Below the pieces are notes generated by a model that ran no database searches, was not told where the DNA came from, and was given only the letters and a program-made list of their open reading frames with translations. 35,502 bases of DNA, taken from Solirubrobacteraceae bacterium (lineage in GTDB: Bacteria > Actinomycetota > Thermoleophilia > Solirubrobacterales > Solirubrobacteraceae). The first letter of the stretch is position 1; the number at the start of each line of letters is the position of its first letter. The DNA lies in the NCBI GenBank assembly GCA_050997795.1, contig JBPCQU010000034.1, positions 1-35,502 of the forward strand, read 5' to 3'. This document shows, one piece after another, positions 9,232-18,943 of the stretch. The translations under genes and the position numbers were made by a program.

Positions 9232-10134
9232 GTGTGTCGGCTGTTCGGAATGAGCGGTGGTCGGGAGCCTGTTCAGGCGACCTTCTGGCTGCTCGAGGCG
9301 CCTGACTCGCTCGCACAGCAGAGCCGCCGCGAGCCCGACGGCACCGGGATCGGCGCCTTCACCGCCGACGGAAGTCCGCAGATCGCCAAGCAGCCGCTCG
9401 CGGCCTACGAGGATCAGCAGTTCGCGCGCGAAGCGCGGTCGGTCATTTCGCGGACGTTCGTCGCCCACGTCCGCTACGCCTCCACGGGCTCGCTCTCGGA
9501 GCGCAACACGCACCCGTTCGAGCAACGCGACCGGATCTTCGCCCACAACGGCGTGATCGGAGAGCTGGGCGCTCTCGAACGAGAGCTCGGCGACGCGATG
9601 GCGCTGGTCAGCGGCGATACTGACTCGGAGCGGTTCTTTGCGCTGATCACGCGGGAGATCGAGCGCGCCGAGGGCGACGTCGCCCGCGGGGTCGAGCGCG
9701 CGGCGGGATGGGTGGCGGCGAACCTGCCCGTCTTCGCGCTGAACTTCGTCCTCATCACCGGCTCGGAGCTGTGGGCGTTTCGCTACCCGGCGGTGCACGA
9801 GCTTCACGTGCTCGAGCGCGCCGCGGGCGGCGCCACCGGATCGCGGCACCTGGACCACGCGAGCGCCCGCGGCAGCATCCGGGTCAGGTCAGGGGCGCTG
9901 GCGAGCCGCCCGGCCGTGGTCGTGGCGACCGAGCCGATGGACGAGGACGCCGGCTGGCGCGAGCTCGACTCCGGTGAGCTGCTGCACGTCGACGCCGACC
10001 TCGGGGTGCGCCGCCGGCGCGTGCTCGACAAGCCGCCGGCGCACGCGCTGACGCTCGCCGACCTCGACCCCCGCGCCGCTGCCTCGCAGCAGGCCGAGTC
10101 CAAGGCGGAGGCGAGGGGAAGCCCAAGCGCTTGA
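9232..10134 (+). CDS. Class II glutamine amidotransferase (YafJ/EgtC-like Ntn hydrolase)
   Basis: N-terminal MCRLFG nucleophile, PDGTGIG, AHVRYAS, NTHPF, FAHNG, GDTDSE, ATEPM. Confidence 0.9.
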   Translation: MCRLFGMSGGREPVQATFWLLEAPDSLAQQSRREPDGTGIGAFTADGSPQIAKQPLAAYEDQQFAREARSVISRTFVAHVRYASTGSLSERNTHPFEQRDRIFAHNGVIGELGALERELGDAMALVSGDTDSERFFALITREIERAEGDVARGVERAAGWVAANLPVFALNFVLITGSELWAFRYPAVHELHVLERAAGGATGSRHLDHASARGSIRVRSGALASRPAVVVATEPMDEDAGWRELDSGELLHVDADLGVRRRRVLDKPPAHALTLADLDPRAAASQQAESKAEARGSPSA

Positions 10135-10745
10135 GCACGAGCCTCATCTACCGCAGCGCGACCGGCTATGAGCTGCTTATGCGCGCGCTCTATGGCCGCC
10201 ACTACGCCGCCCGGCTGCGCGCCGTCGCCGATCAGATCAGGCCGGGCGCATCGGTGCTCGAGCTGTGCCCCGGGCCGGGCGCCCTCTTCGAGCGCCACCT
10301 GCGCGACCGCGCCGGCACCTACACGGGCGTCGACGTCAACGAGGCGTTCGTGCAGCGGCTGGGAGCTATGGGCGCGGACGCGCTCCGACTCGATCTCAAC
10401 CAAGCCGGCGAGCTTCCCGAGGCGGACGTCGTGATCATGCAGGCGAGCCTCTACCACTTCCTCCCCAACGCGGACGCGATCGTCGAGCGGATGCTCGTCG
10501 CCGCCCGCGAGCGGGTGATTGTGGCCGAGCCGATCCGCAACGTCGCCAGCAGCCGGCTGCCGGTGCTGGCACTGCTCGGCCGGCGTGGCACCGATCCCGG
10601 CGCCGGCGAGGACAGTCACGCCGAGCGCTTCAACGAGCAGACGCTCGACCGGCTGATGGAGCGCTACGCGCCCCTGACTGTCGCGGCGTTCAAGATTCCC
10701 GGGGGGCGCGAGAAGGTGTTCGTGCTCGATCGGCGACGGGGCTGA
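10131..10745 (+). CDS. Class I SAM-dependent methyltransferase
   Basis: Motif I VLELCPGPG, YTGVDVN, ASLYHF. TTGA coupling to the upstream gene. Confidence 0.8.
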   Translation: MSTSLIYRSATGYELLMRALYGRHYAARLRAVADQIRPGASVLELCPGPGALFERHLRDRAGTYTGVDVNEAFVQRLGAMGADALRLDLNQAGELPEADVVIMQASLYHFLPNADAIVERMLVAARERVIVAEPIRNVASSRLPVLALLGRRGTDPGAGEDSHAERFNEQTLDRLMERYAPLTVAAFKIPGGREKVFVLDRRRG

Positions 10746-11724
10746 GCGTCGCTTCGGTTCCTGGCTCGGTCGGACCCTCGGCGCGCGCGTCGATCACGAA
10801 CAGCGGACGGTCCTTGACCTGCTCGAAGATGCGGCCCACGTACAGCCCGACGACGCCGACGCTGACGATGATGAAGCCGGCCAGGACGAGCAGCAACACG
10901 GCGAGGCTCGTGTAACCCGGGACGGTGCTGTTGGGCTCGGCGAAGTAGTCGACGACCTCGAATCCGGCGACGATGACGCCGGCCAGCGCGAGCGCAAAGC
11001 CGACCAGAACCACCAGCCGCAGCAGGACCGTGCTGCGAAAGAACATGCCGTCGAGCGCGGCGCGGAAGAGGCGTCGCAGGGTGTAGGCGCTCTTTCCCTC
11101 GTGGCGCTCGGCGTGGTCGATCTCGACCGTGGTCCCGTCGAAACCGAGCCAGTCGAGCGCGATCGTGTACTCGCGATCCTTGTCGCGCAGGCGCAGGAAC
11201 GCGTCGACCACGCGCCGCGACATCAGGCTGAGCGTGCTGAAATCCGGGGAGGTGTCGGTCTCGAGCGTCAGGCGGCGGTAGATGCGGCTCGCCCAGCGCT
11301 TGAGCGGCGGGTGGCGCCGTCCGCGGCGGATCGTCCGCACGACGTCGTAGCCCTCCCGGGCCGCGGCCCACAAGCGTGGGATGTCCTCCGGGGCCTCCTG
11401 GAGGTCGCAGTCCATCACCACCGCCCACCGTCCGCGAGCCTCGGATAGCCCGGCGGTGATCGCCGCGTCCTGGCCGAAGTTGCGGCTCAGGCGCAGCGCG
11501 CGCACGTGGCCGTCGGCACGCGCCAGACGCTGCAACACGCTCCAGCCGTCGTCGAGGCTGCGATCGTCGACGAGCACCAGCTCATAGCTGTCAGTGATCT
11601 CGGTCAGGCTCCGCGTCAGCCGCTCGTGCAGCGCCTCAAGGCACCCGGCGCACGCGTACACGGGCACGACCACGCTCAGCAGAACCTCGCCCGTGCGCTG
11701 GGTCGTGTCCGTCACGCCGGCCAT
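10690..11724 (-). CDS. Glycosyltransferase family 2, polyprenyl-phosphate sugar transferase (ArnC/GtrB-like)
   Basis: LSVVVPVY, LVDDRSLD, LSRNFGQDAAITAGL, VMDCDLQ, two C-terminal TMs, YVGRIFEQVKDRPLFVI. Confidence 0.92.
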   Translation of the reverse strand: MAGVTDTTQRTGEVLLSVVVPVYACAGCLEALHERLTRSLTEITDSYELVLVDDRSLDDGWSVLQRLARADGHVRALRLSRNFGQDAAITAGLSEARGRWAVVMDCDLQEAPEDIPRLWAAAREGYDVVRTIRRGRRHPPLKRWASRIYRRLTLETDTSPDFSTLSLMSRRVVDAFLRLRDKDREYTIALDWLGFDGTTVEIDHAERHEGKSAYTLRRLFRAALDGMFFRSTVLLRLVVLVGFALALAGVIVAGFEVVDYFAEPNSTVPGYTSLAVLLLVLAGFIIVSVGVVGLYVGRIFEQVKDRPLFVIDARAEGPTEPGTEATLSPVADRARTPSRAPRES

Positions 11725-11804
11725 CTTCAGATCAAGATGGCGCAGATCGCGCGTGGCTTGTGTTGGGCTTTTGTGTGTGACCGGTTACCCGGCCGGGGGC
11801 CGAT

Positions 11805-13040
11805 TCACCGGGGCGCCTCGGGGCTGCCGCCGGTCCCGCCGGTGCCCTGGGCGACGGTGAACCGCAGCTGGCGGTAATTGAAGCCGTAGCCGCCCGCGCA
11901 GTCCAGGTGCGTCGAGCAGCCGTCGAAGTTGGCGGCCCACTTGAGCCACAGGGTGGCGCCGTCGCCGCTGATCCAACGAACCGGGAAGCCGGCGTCGTAG
12001 CCGTTGGAGGGCCCGAAATAGGGCTCGCGGGCCACGAACGAGAACGGTCCCCACGGGTGCGGCGCGACTAGGATCACCAGCTCGGAGCCGCTGCGCCAGA
12101 TCGACGGCGGCGTCGCGCCATAGGAGTAGGTGAAGGTGAGCAGGTAGTGGCGCAGCGGGGCGTCGTAGGCCATCTGCGGGTAGGTGATGTGCGAACGCCA
12201 GCTGGCGATCGCCGCGGCTTTGGGCAGTGAGGACGAGTACTCCGGCCATGGCAGCCCGTGCCGGCGCTTGAACCCCGACACCCATTGCCACGCGCTCGGG
12301 TTGGTCATCTTCGCGACCTGAGGGCGGCTGCGGCCCATGATCAGCCATCTCGCGTTGAACTCGCGCTCGGTGGCGATCGCGTACACCCAACCGTCGGCGT
12401 ATTGGCCGCCTTCGCCTCGGACCACCCAGCTCAGGTTGCCCAGCGGGGCCGGGAATGCCTTGGCACCCGACGTCCAGGTCTGGCCGTGGTCAGTGGAGTA
12501 GGCGATGCCGGCGAGGCCCGCGAAGAGGCCGTTCGTGCCCCAGCTCCAGTTGTTCTCCTGGGTGGCGTAGAAGACCTCGTTGGCCTCTACGAGGCCACTC
12601 GAGTAGTACGGGCCGAGAGGGCCGCTCCACAGCGAGCGGTTGCGCTTGATCTGGGCGTACGTGTAAGGCGCGGGGCGGCTGGGGTTGCCCACGTGGCTGA
12701 AGTGGATGCGGGGCGGGGTGCCGGTGATCTGCGCCACTGACTGCTTCCACAGCGCGCCCGCCCGCGTCCCGGTGCCCCCGTCGTCCATGATCGTGTACTG
12801 ATCGCCGTCGTCGGCCCAGATCGTGGGCAGGAGGTCTCCCCACTGATTGGACGGCGGCGAGTAGCGCGGGCTGGTCCAATTGGCCCCGACGATAACGGTG
12901 CTGGGCGGAAACGGAGTGTTGTCGCTCGTCAAAAGGGTCGCCCGGGCGAGCGCGGGGGCAAGCAGCGCGATCATGGACGCGAGCACGAGGCCGGCGAGCG
13001 CCGCGATGGCGGCCGGTCCCGCTTGGGTGAGCCTAGACAT
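11805..13040 (-). CDS. Secreted beta-propeller protein, DUF4185-like (putative glycoside hydrolase)
   Basis: Signal peptide ending ALA/ARA, WGDLLPTIWADDGDQY, Asp-box YSTDHGQTW, DGWVY, APHPWGPF, WISGDG. Confidence 0.6.
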   Translation of the reverse strand: MSRLTQAGPAAIAALAGLVLASMIALLAPALARATLLTSDNTPFPPSTVIVGANWTSPRYSPPSNQWGDLLPTIWADDGDQYTIMDDGGTGTRAGALWKQSVAQITGTPPRIHFSHVGNPSRPAPYTYAQIKRNRSLWSGPLGPYYSSGLVEANEVFYATQENNWSWGTNGLFAGLAGIAYSTDHGQTWTSGAKAFPAPLGNLSWVVRGEGGQYADGWVYAIATEREFNARWLIMGRSRPQVAKMTNPSAWQWVSGFKRRHGLPWPEYSSSLPKAAAIASWRSHITYPQMAYDAPLRHYLLTFTYSYGATPPSIWRSGSELVILVAPHPWGPFSFVAREPYFGPSNGYDAGFPVRWISGDGATLWLKWAANFDGCSTHLDCAGGYGFNYRQLRFTVAQGTGGTGGSPEAPR

Positions 13041-13106
13041 ACGTGCAGTAACTCAGAGCGCCCCCCAAAGTATCGCCCGCCGCGGCGCCGGCGCGCCGTC
13101 ACGGCC

Positions 13107-14741
13107 TCAGTGGGCGCGCGGTTGCATGAAGATCAGCAGCGCCGCCGGGGTGCGCCTGAAGAAGCGCGACGCGGCCCTGATCAAGCTGTCGACGCTGACG
13201 AGTTCGGGGCGGCTGAGCCGGAACCTGGCCACGATCCAGTTGTGGATCCTGAACCTGGCGAGCAACGTCGCGCCGGGCGGCGCCACGCTGCGCGGCACCG
13301 GCGCGCCGGCCCGCGCTCGGCGCAGCGTGGACAGGCTCGTCGCACCGGGCCCGATGGACACGTCGCGCAAGCCGGACGGCGCAGCGAGCCGCATCCGCTT
13401 GGTCGCGCCGACGACGTCGAGCTCTGAGACGCGCACCCGACGATCGTGGGGCTGCGTCCAGCTGACCCCGGGCAGGTAGATCTTCAGCGGATCGGCCGTG
13501 GTCCCGTCCGCGGCCAGGATCGCTCGCGGCTGCACGGCCGGGCCAAGAGACCGCGCGACGCTGCGCCAGTCGGCCCGCTCCAGGTAGGGGTGGGTCTGGA
13601 CCTCGATCGCGGTGAAGCAGAAAGCGGCCAGCAGCGCAGCCGCGAGCGCCGCCCCGGGCCCCCGCGCTCGCGGCGCCACGCAGGCCGCGGCGAGCACGGT
13701 CACCACGGGCACGAACGCCGGAATCTCGTTGCGAGAGAGAAAGTAGTCCTGCCCGACCAGGCCAAGCGCGATTGGAGCCGCGAACACGAACGCCGCGATC
13801 GCGGCCGCCACGCCCGCGCCGCGACGGGTCCGCCGATCGCCGCCGAAGATCACCAGCAGCGCGACGGCGATCGCCAGCGCCGCGCCTATCGCCAGCCCCC
13901 CGGGCGCGATCGTCCGCCGGTAGAGGTTGCTGGCACCCCATTCGATCACGGTCGTCGCGACGCGGTTCGCCAGCGGAACCTTGGCGATCCAGCCGACCCC
14001 GTATGACCCCGTGGTATCGAGGAGCGCGAACGGAAGCACCGCCAGCTGCGCCGCGGCTACGACCGCGACGGCGAGCGCCACCGCCCGGGTGCGCCACCGC
14101 CAGAGAAGCCAGACGGCCTCGGGCGCGACGGCAAAACCGGCGAAGAAGTGGCTCATCACCGCCAGGGCCGAGAGCCCCGCCCACCAGACCAGGTTGCGCC
14201 GCGAGGGATGGGGCCGGTCGGGGTCCGCGACAGCGCGCGCGAAGAACAAAAATGACGCTCCCGTGAGCGCCCCCACCAGCATGTACGAGCGCGCCTCCTG
14301 CGAGTACCAGATCATGAACGGGTTCACAGCCACAAAGGCCGCTGCGAGCACGCCCGCCCGTCGCGACAAGAGCTCGCGAGCCGAGGCATAGGCGATCGGC
14401 ACGATCGCGACACCGGAGATCGCCGACACCGAGCGCAGCGCGACGGCGCCGGTCCCGAATACCTTCGCCCAGCCCCAGATCAGCACGAAGTACAGCGGCG
14501 GCGTCGTCTCCACGCGGACGACCGCGTGCAGCATCGATCCGAACGGCAGGCTCGCCTCGTAGGCGGTCAGCGCCTCGTCGGTCCACAGGCTCTGATTGTC
14601 GAGCGTGATGATCCGGATCGCGGCGGCGAGCACGATCAGCGCGGCCAGGATCCACATGTCGACGCTAATCGCGCGGGCGCCGGCGAGCGCCGAAGGACGG
14701 CGCCCGCGGTAGCCCGACGCTGGAAACTCGGACGTGCTCAC
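13107..14741 (-). CDS. GT-C fold membrane glycosyltransferase (GT39/GT83, PMT/ArnT-like)
   Basis: SLWTDEA, ETTPPLYF, WYSQEARSY, more than 10 TM helices, extracytoplasmic C-terminal domain (RADWR). Confidence 0.85.
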   Translation of the reverse strand: MSTSEFPASGYRGRRPSALAGARAISVDMWILAALIVLAAAIRIITLDNQSLWTDEALTAYEASLPFGSMLHAVVRVETTPPLYFVLIWGWAKVFGTGAVALRSVSAISGVAIVPIAYASARELLSRRAGVLAAAFVAVNPFMIWYSQEARSYMLVGALTGASFLFFARAVADPDRPHPSRRNLVWWAGLSALAVMSHFFAGFAVAPEAVWLLWRWRTRAVALAVAVVAAAQLAVLPFALLDTTGSYGVGWIAKVPLANRVATTVIEWGASNLYRRTIAPGGLAIGAALAIAVALLVIFGGDRRTRRGAGVAAAIAAFVFAAPIALGLVGQDYFLSRNEIPAFVPVVTVLAAACVAPRARGPGAALAAALLAAFCFTAIEVQTHPYLERADWRSVARSLGPAVQPRAILAADGTTADPLKIYLPGVSWTQPHDRRVRVSELDVVGATKRMRLAAPSGLRDVSIGPGATSLSTLRRARAGAPVPRSVAPPGATLLARFRIHNWIVARFRLSRPELVSVDSLIRAASRFFRRTPAALLIFMQPRAH

Positions 14742-14777
14742 TCAGATCAACCGGGCCAGATGCTCGAGCGGGCGCAC

Positions 14778-15923
14778 TCAGCTCAGCAGCTCCCGGAGAG
14801 CCGCGACGGTGTCGTCCTGGTCGGCCTCGGTCACCTTCGGGCTGAGCGGCAGGCTGAGCGTCTGCTCGGAGATCGCCGTCGCGACAGGAAACTGCTCGGG
14901 CACGAGGCCGTAGCGGTCGCGGTAGTAAGGATGCAGGTGGACCCCCCGGTAATGCACGCCGCTACCGATCCTGCGCTCGTTGAGCCCCTCGAGCACGCGG
15001 TCACGGTCCAGCGGGGCCTCGGGCGCGACCAGCACCTGGTAGAGGTGACGGGCGTGACGCGTGTCGGGCTCGGGCGGGGGCGGGGTGCGGAGCGGGAGCC
15101 CGACGAGCAGGCGATCGTAGCGGTCCCACAACTCTGCGCGCCGGTCAATCCAGGCGTCGAGTCGAGGCAGCTGTCGCAGGCCCAGCGCGGCCTGCACGTC
15201 GGTCATGTTGTACTTGTAGCCGGGCCTGACCACTTCGTAGTGCTTGAAGCCCGAGTCGGAGAAGCGCTGCCAGGCGCCGAGGCTCAACCCGTGCAGGGCC
15301 AGCCGCTCGACCTCTTCGGCCAGCTCCTCGGAGTCGGTCATCAGGGCCCCGCCCTCGATCGTGGAGATGTTCTTGGTCACGTAGAACGAGAACGCGGTGA
15401 CGTTGCCAAACGCGCCGATGCGCCGGCCTCGCCACTCGGCGCCGATCGCGTGTGCGGCGTCCTCGATCACCAGCAGGCCGTTGCGGTCGCGAAGCCCGTT
15501 GAGGCGCTCCATGTCGACCGGACGGCCGGCGAAGTGGACCGGCATCACGGCCCGCGTTCGGGGGGTGATCGCAGCCTGCGCGGCATCCAGGTCGATCAGT
15601 CCGGTCCCGGGCGCTGAGTCGACGAGCACCGGCGTTGCGCCCGCGTGCTCGACCGCGTTGGCAGAGGCCACGAACGTCATCGCCGGCACCAGCACCTCGT
15701 CGCCGGGGCCGATCCCGAGCACCTCCATGGAGAGGATCAGCGCGGCCGTGCAGGAGGACACGCAGCGTGCGTGCGGGCCCCCCACGTAGTCGGACAGCAT
15801 CCGCTCGAAGCGCTGCACCTTCGGGCCGGTTCCCACCCATCCCGAGCGCAGAGAGTCGACGACCTCCGCGATCTCCTCCTCGCCGATCACCGGGCTGCCA
15901 AAGATCAGAAAGTTATCCCGCAC
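14778..15923 (-). CDS. DegT/DnrJ/EryC1/StrS PLP-dependent sugar aminotransferase (ArnB-like)
   Basis: SSCTAAL, GDEVLVPAMTFVAS, IEDAAHAIG, SFYVTKN (PLP Lys), GYKYNMTD, SLPLSP. Start at GTG 15923 or 15935. Confidence 0.93.
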   Translation of the reverse strand: MRDNFLIFGSPVIGEEEIAEVVDSLRSGWVGTGPKVQRFERMLSDYVGGPHARCVSSCTAALILSMEVLGIGPGDEVLVPAMTFVASANAVEHAGATPVLVDSAPGTGLIDLDAAQAAITPRTRAVMPVHFAGRPVDMERLNGLRDRNGLLVIEDAAHAIGAEWRGRRIGAFGNVTAFSFYVTKNISTIEGGALMTDSEELAEEVERLALHGLSLGAWQRFSDSGFKHYEVVRPGYKYNMTDVQAALGLRQLPRLDAWIDRRAELWDRYDRLLVGLPLRTPPPPEPDTRHARHLYQVLVAPEAPLDRDRVLEGLNERRIGSGVHYRGVHLHPYYRDRYGLVPEQFPVATAISEQTLSLPLSPKVTEADQDDTVAALRELLS

Positions 15924-16027
15924 CGGCCAAAACACGCTGCTTTGTCGCGCTAAGCGGGGATTAAAGCGCCGGCGGACATCCGGTTAGGGGCGTGTGTGGG
16001 ACGTGCGTGGCAAGATCGATGTCCCGG

Positions 16028-17379
16028 ATGCCGATCACCGCCCAGCACCTCCCGCCCGCCCAGCACCTCCCGCCCGGTCCCCCGCTTCCCCGCTTTCTCC
16101 AGACGGCGGGCTTCCTGCTGGCCGGCGCGCGCTTTCTCGAAGCCTGCCGCGCCGCTACGGGGACGCGGTCACGTTCGGCACCCTGTTCGACGAGCGCTTC
16201 GTGATGGTGTTCGACCCCGACCTGGTCAAGCAGGTGTTCCAGGGATCCTCTGACGAGCTCCACGCCGGCGAGGCGAACGCCCTGCTGGGGCCCATTCTGG
16301 GCGAACGCTCGGTGCTGCTGCTAGACGGCGCCGAGCATCTGCGCCACCGCCGGCTGCTGCTGCCGCCTTTCCACGGCCAGCGAATGCTCGCCCACTCCGA
16401 GACGATGCGCTCCTGCGCCGACCTCGAGATCGACTCGTGGCCAGTGGGAGAGCCGTTCGCCCTGCTTCCAAGCATGCAGGCGCTGACGCTGCGGGTGATC
16501 CTTCAGGCCGTGTTCGGCTACCAGCCGGGGGCCGCCGAGGCGGAGCTCCGCCGCCGGCTGCGGGCGATGGTGGAGCCGCTCGCGCGCTCGCGCTCGCTGC
16601 TGATGCTCGCCACCGTCGTGAGGGGACGGGGCGAGGGCCGCGGCGCGGCCGAGTTCGAGGCGCGCAAACGCGCCGTGGACGAGATCCTGTACGCCGAGAT
16701 CACGCGGCGCCGAGGGGAGCCCGACCTGGAGGAGCGCGACGACGTCTTCTCGGCGCTGCTGCTCGCGCGCGACGAGGACGGCGAGCGGCTGACCGACCGC
16801 GAGGTGCGCGACGAGCTGCTGACGCTGCTGCTGGCCGGGCACGAGACCACCGCCACCGGTCTGGCCTGGACGTTCGACCTGCTGCTGCACGACAGCCGTG
16901 TCCTTGGGCTCGCGCGCGAGCGCGAGGATCGCTATCTGGACGCGGTCGTCAAGGAGGCGCTGCGGGTCCGTCCGGTGATCCCGGGCATCGGGCGCGTGGT
17001 GCGCGACCGGCCGTTCGCGCTCAACGGCTACGAGGTCCCGCCTGGAGTCGAGATCAACCCCTCGATCCGCACGATCCACCGCCGCGCCGACCTGTATCCG
17101 AGCCCGGCGACGTTCGCGCCCGAGCGGTTCCTCGGGGTAGGTGGGACTGCGATCCCCGACACCTACACCTGGGTCCCGTTCGGCGGCGGAACCCGCCGCT
17201 GCCTCGGGGCGAGCTTCGCTTTGACGGAGATGCGCGTGGTGCTCTCACGCGTGCTCGAGCGCACGCAGCTCCGAGCGGCCGACGCGCGCCCCGCCAAGGT
17301 TCAGTTTCGAGCCATCACGCTGTCGCCCAAGGGCGGCGTGCGCGTGGTCCAGGAGCGCGCGCCGCTGCCCGGCGGGTAG
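16028..17379 (+). pseudogene. Cytochrome P450 with a 1-bp frameshift near 16150 (pseudogene or sequencing error)
   Basis: A P450-typical N-terminus MPITAQHLPPAQHLPPGPPLPRFLQT...FLEACR is in the ATG-16028 frame. The body (RYGDAVTF...AGHETT...EALR...PFGGGTRRCLG) is in another frame. CGC-GC-CGC looks like CGC CGC CGC missing one C. Confidence 0.8.
16038..16076 (+). repeat. 18-bp tandem duplication just after the P450 start codon
   Basis: CCGCCCAGCACCTCCCGC at 16038-16055 and 16056-16073 (AQHLPP twice). Confidence 0.92.
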
Positions 17380-17404
17380 CCCCAGACGCCGGACCCCGGG
17401 CCCC

Positions 17405-18916
17405 TCAGCGGGCTCCGGTCGCGTAGCGGATGATCGACAGGTCGGTCAGCCACTCGACCGGCGCGAGATCGTCGGTATAGACCTGGCCTCCGGACAACGC
17501 GGGTCCGAGCCGGCCGGCGACGGATGCGAGCAGCCCCTGAAGGTCCGCGGGGACGAGCGCGTTGGCGCCGAGCATGCGAGCGCCTGAGAGCGGGCGCCTG
17601 CTCGCCAGCAGAAGCGAGTTGGTGGCGCTGAAGCGGTCGCGCAAGACGATCGGGAAGGCCGCGCGCAGCGTCGCCGAGACGACCTTCTCGAGCGCATCGG
17701 AGCCCGGCAGGTGCCCGGCGTTGATGATGAACACACCGCCCGGATTCAGGTGCCTGCGCACGGCGTCAAAGAACTCGCGGGTGAGGAGGTAGAAGGGGAT
17801 GTAAGGCTGGCGATAGGCGTCGAGGAAGATGGCGTCGTAGCGGGCGTGGCTGGCCTGTAGCCAGGGCCGGGCGTCGGCGGTGTAGAGATGCAGGTTGCGC
17901 CCGCGTAAGGCGAAGTAGCGCTTGCCGATCCTGCTCAGCTCGCCGTCGAGTTCGACCGCGTCGACCCGCGTGGCGCCGAAGTAGTGGCCGTAGGCCCGGG
18001 CGACGGTGCCCGCGGCGTCACCGAGGATCGCGATCCGGCGCGGGGGTCCGGAACTGGTCGCGAACGGGAGCACGAGAAAGTCGTCCCAGTAGCCGCCGGT
18101 CAGGAAGCTCCCGGGCCGGTAGAGCGAGTGGACCGACACGCCCTCGTTGAGCTGCAGCCAGCGGACCCCGTCACGAAACTGGACCACGCGCGCGTACTGG
18201 TATGGGGTCTCGGTCTCGAAGATGACCTTGCCTCCGTTGACGCTGGCGCCGATCGCCGCCGGGGGGACCGCGAGCAGAGCCGCGATCGCGGCCGGCACGA
18301 GCAGGAAGCGGCGCAGCCCGAGACCGGGCGCCGCCACCAGAGCGAGCGCCAGCGCGAACACGATGAACGTTCGGTGCGTCCCGATCAGCGGGATCAGCGC
18401 CAGCGCGGCCAGGAACGTTCCGACCAGCGATCCCGCGGTCGAGATCGCGTACAGGCCGCCGGTGACCCTGCCGGTCTCGGTCACCGCGACGACCGTGAGG
18501 CGGTTGGCGTACGGTGCCACCGCTCCCAGCAGCATCACCGGCACCGCGACCAGTACCAGCACCGCGGCGAGCGATCCGAGGAAGCCCCCGACCGACAAGG
18601 AGCCGAGGGCGTTGACCGACAGGCTCAGGAACGGGTCAGCCACGAACGGGACCGCAGCCAGCAGGACCGACGCGAGCAGCACGATCGCGCACAGCCCGCG
18701 CAGGTCGGCCCGCCTGTCAGCCAGTCGCCCCCCGACCGCGTAGCCGGCTGACAGCGCCACGAGCACCGTCGCAATCGTGTTGGCCCAGATGATCGTCGAG
18801 GCGCCGAAGTACGGGGCGAGCAGCCGCGCGGCGGAAATCTCAGCGCCGAGGCTCGCCGCTCCGACGACGAACACGATCGTTCGCAGCAGGCGGGGTCGTG
18901 TCTTGGTGGCGGCCGT
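17405..18916 (-). CDS. Membrane-fused spermidine synthase-like / SAM-binding protein
   Basis: N-terminal TM domain (EISAARLLAPYFG, LYAISTAGSLVGTF), ETPYQY, VDAVELD, DARPWL, DAIFLDAY, YTDDLAPVE. First canonical start is GTG 18874 inside TM1; the frame is open to a TAA near 18926 and the probable start is ACG 18916. Confidence 0.82.
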   Translation of the reverse strand, partial: TAATKTRPRLLRTIVFVVGAASLGAEISAARLLAPYFGASTIIWANTIATVLVALSAGYAVGGRLADRRADLRGLCAIVLLASVLLAAVPFVADPFLSLSVNALGSLSVGGFLGSLAAVLVLVAVPVMLLGAVAPYANRLTVVAVTETGRVTGGLYAISTAGSLVGTFLAALALIPLIGTHRTFIVFALALALVAAPGLGLRRFLLVPAAIAALLAVPPAAIGASVNGGKVIFETETPYQYARVVQFRDGVRWLQLNEGVSVHSLYRPGSFLTGGYWDDFLVLPFATSSGPPRRIAILGDAAGTVARAYGHYFGATRVDAVELDGELSRIGKRYFALRGRNLHLYTADARPWLQASHARYDAIFLDAYRQPYIPFYLLTREFFDAVRRHLNPGGVFIINAGHLPGSDALEKVVSATLRAAFPIVLRDRFSATNSLLLASRRPLSGARMLGANALVPADLQGLLASVAGRLGPALSGGQVYTDDLAPVEWLTDLSIIRYATGAR

Positions 18917-18922
18917 CTGGCC

Positions 18923-18932
18923 AGGTTAATCT
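18923..18932. promoter_or_regulatory. Overlapping divergent -10 elements (bidirectional promoter)
   Basis: AGGTTAATCT gives TAACCT on the minus strand (18923-18928) and TAATCT on the plus strand (18927-18932), between two divergent genes less than 30 bp apart. Confidence 0.55.
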
Positions 18933-18943
18933 GTAGCCCCTCG

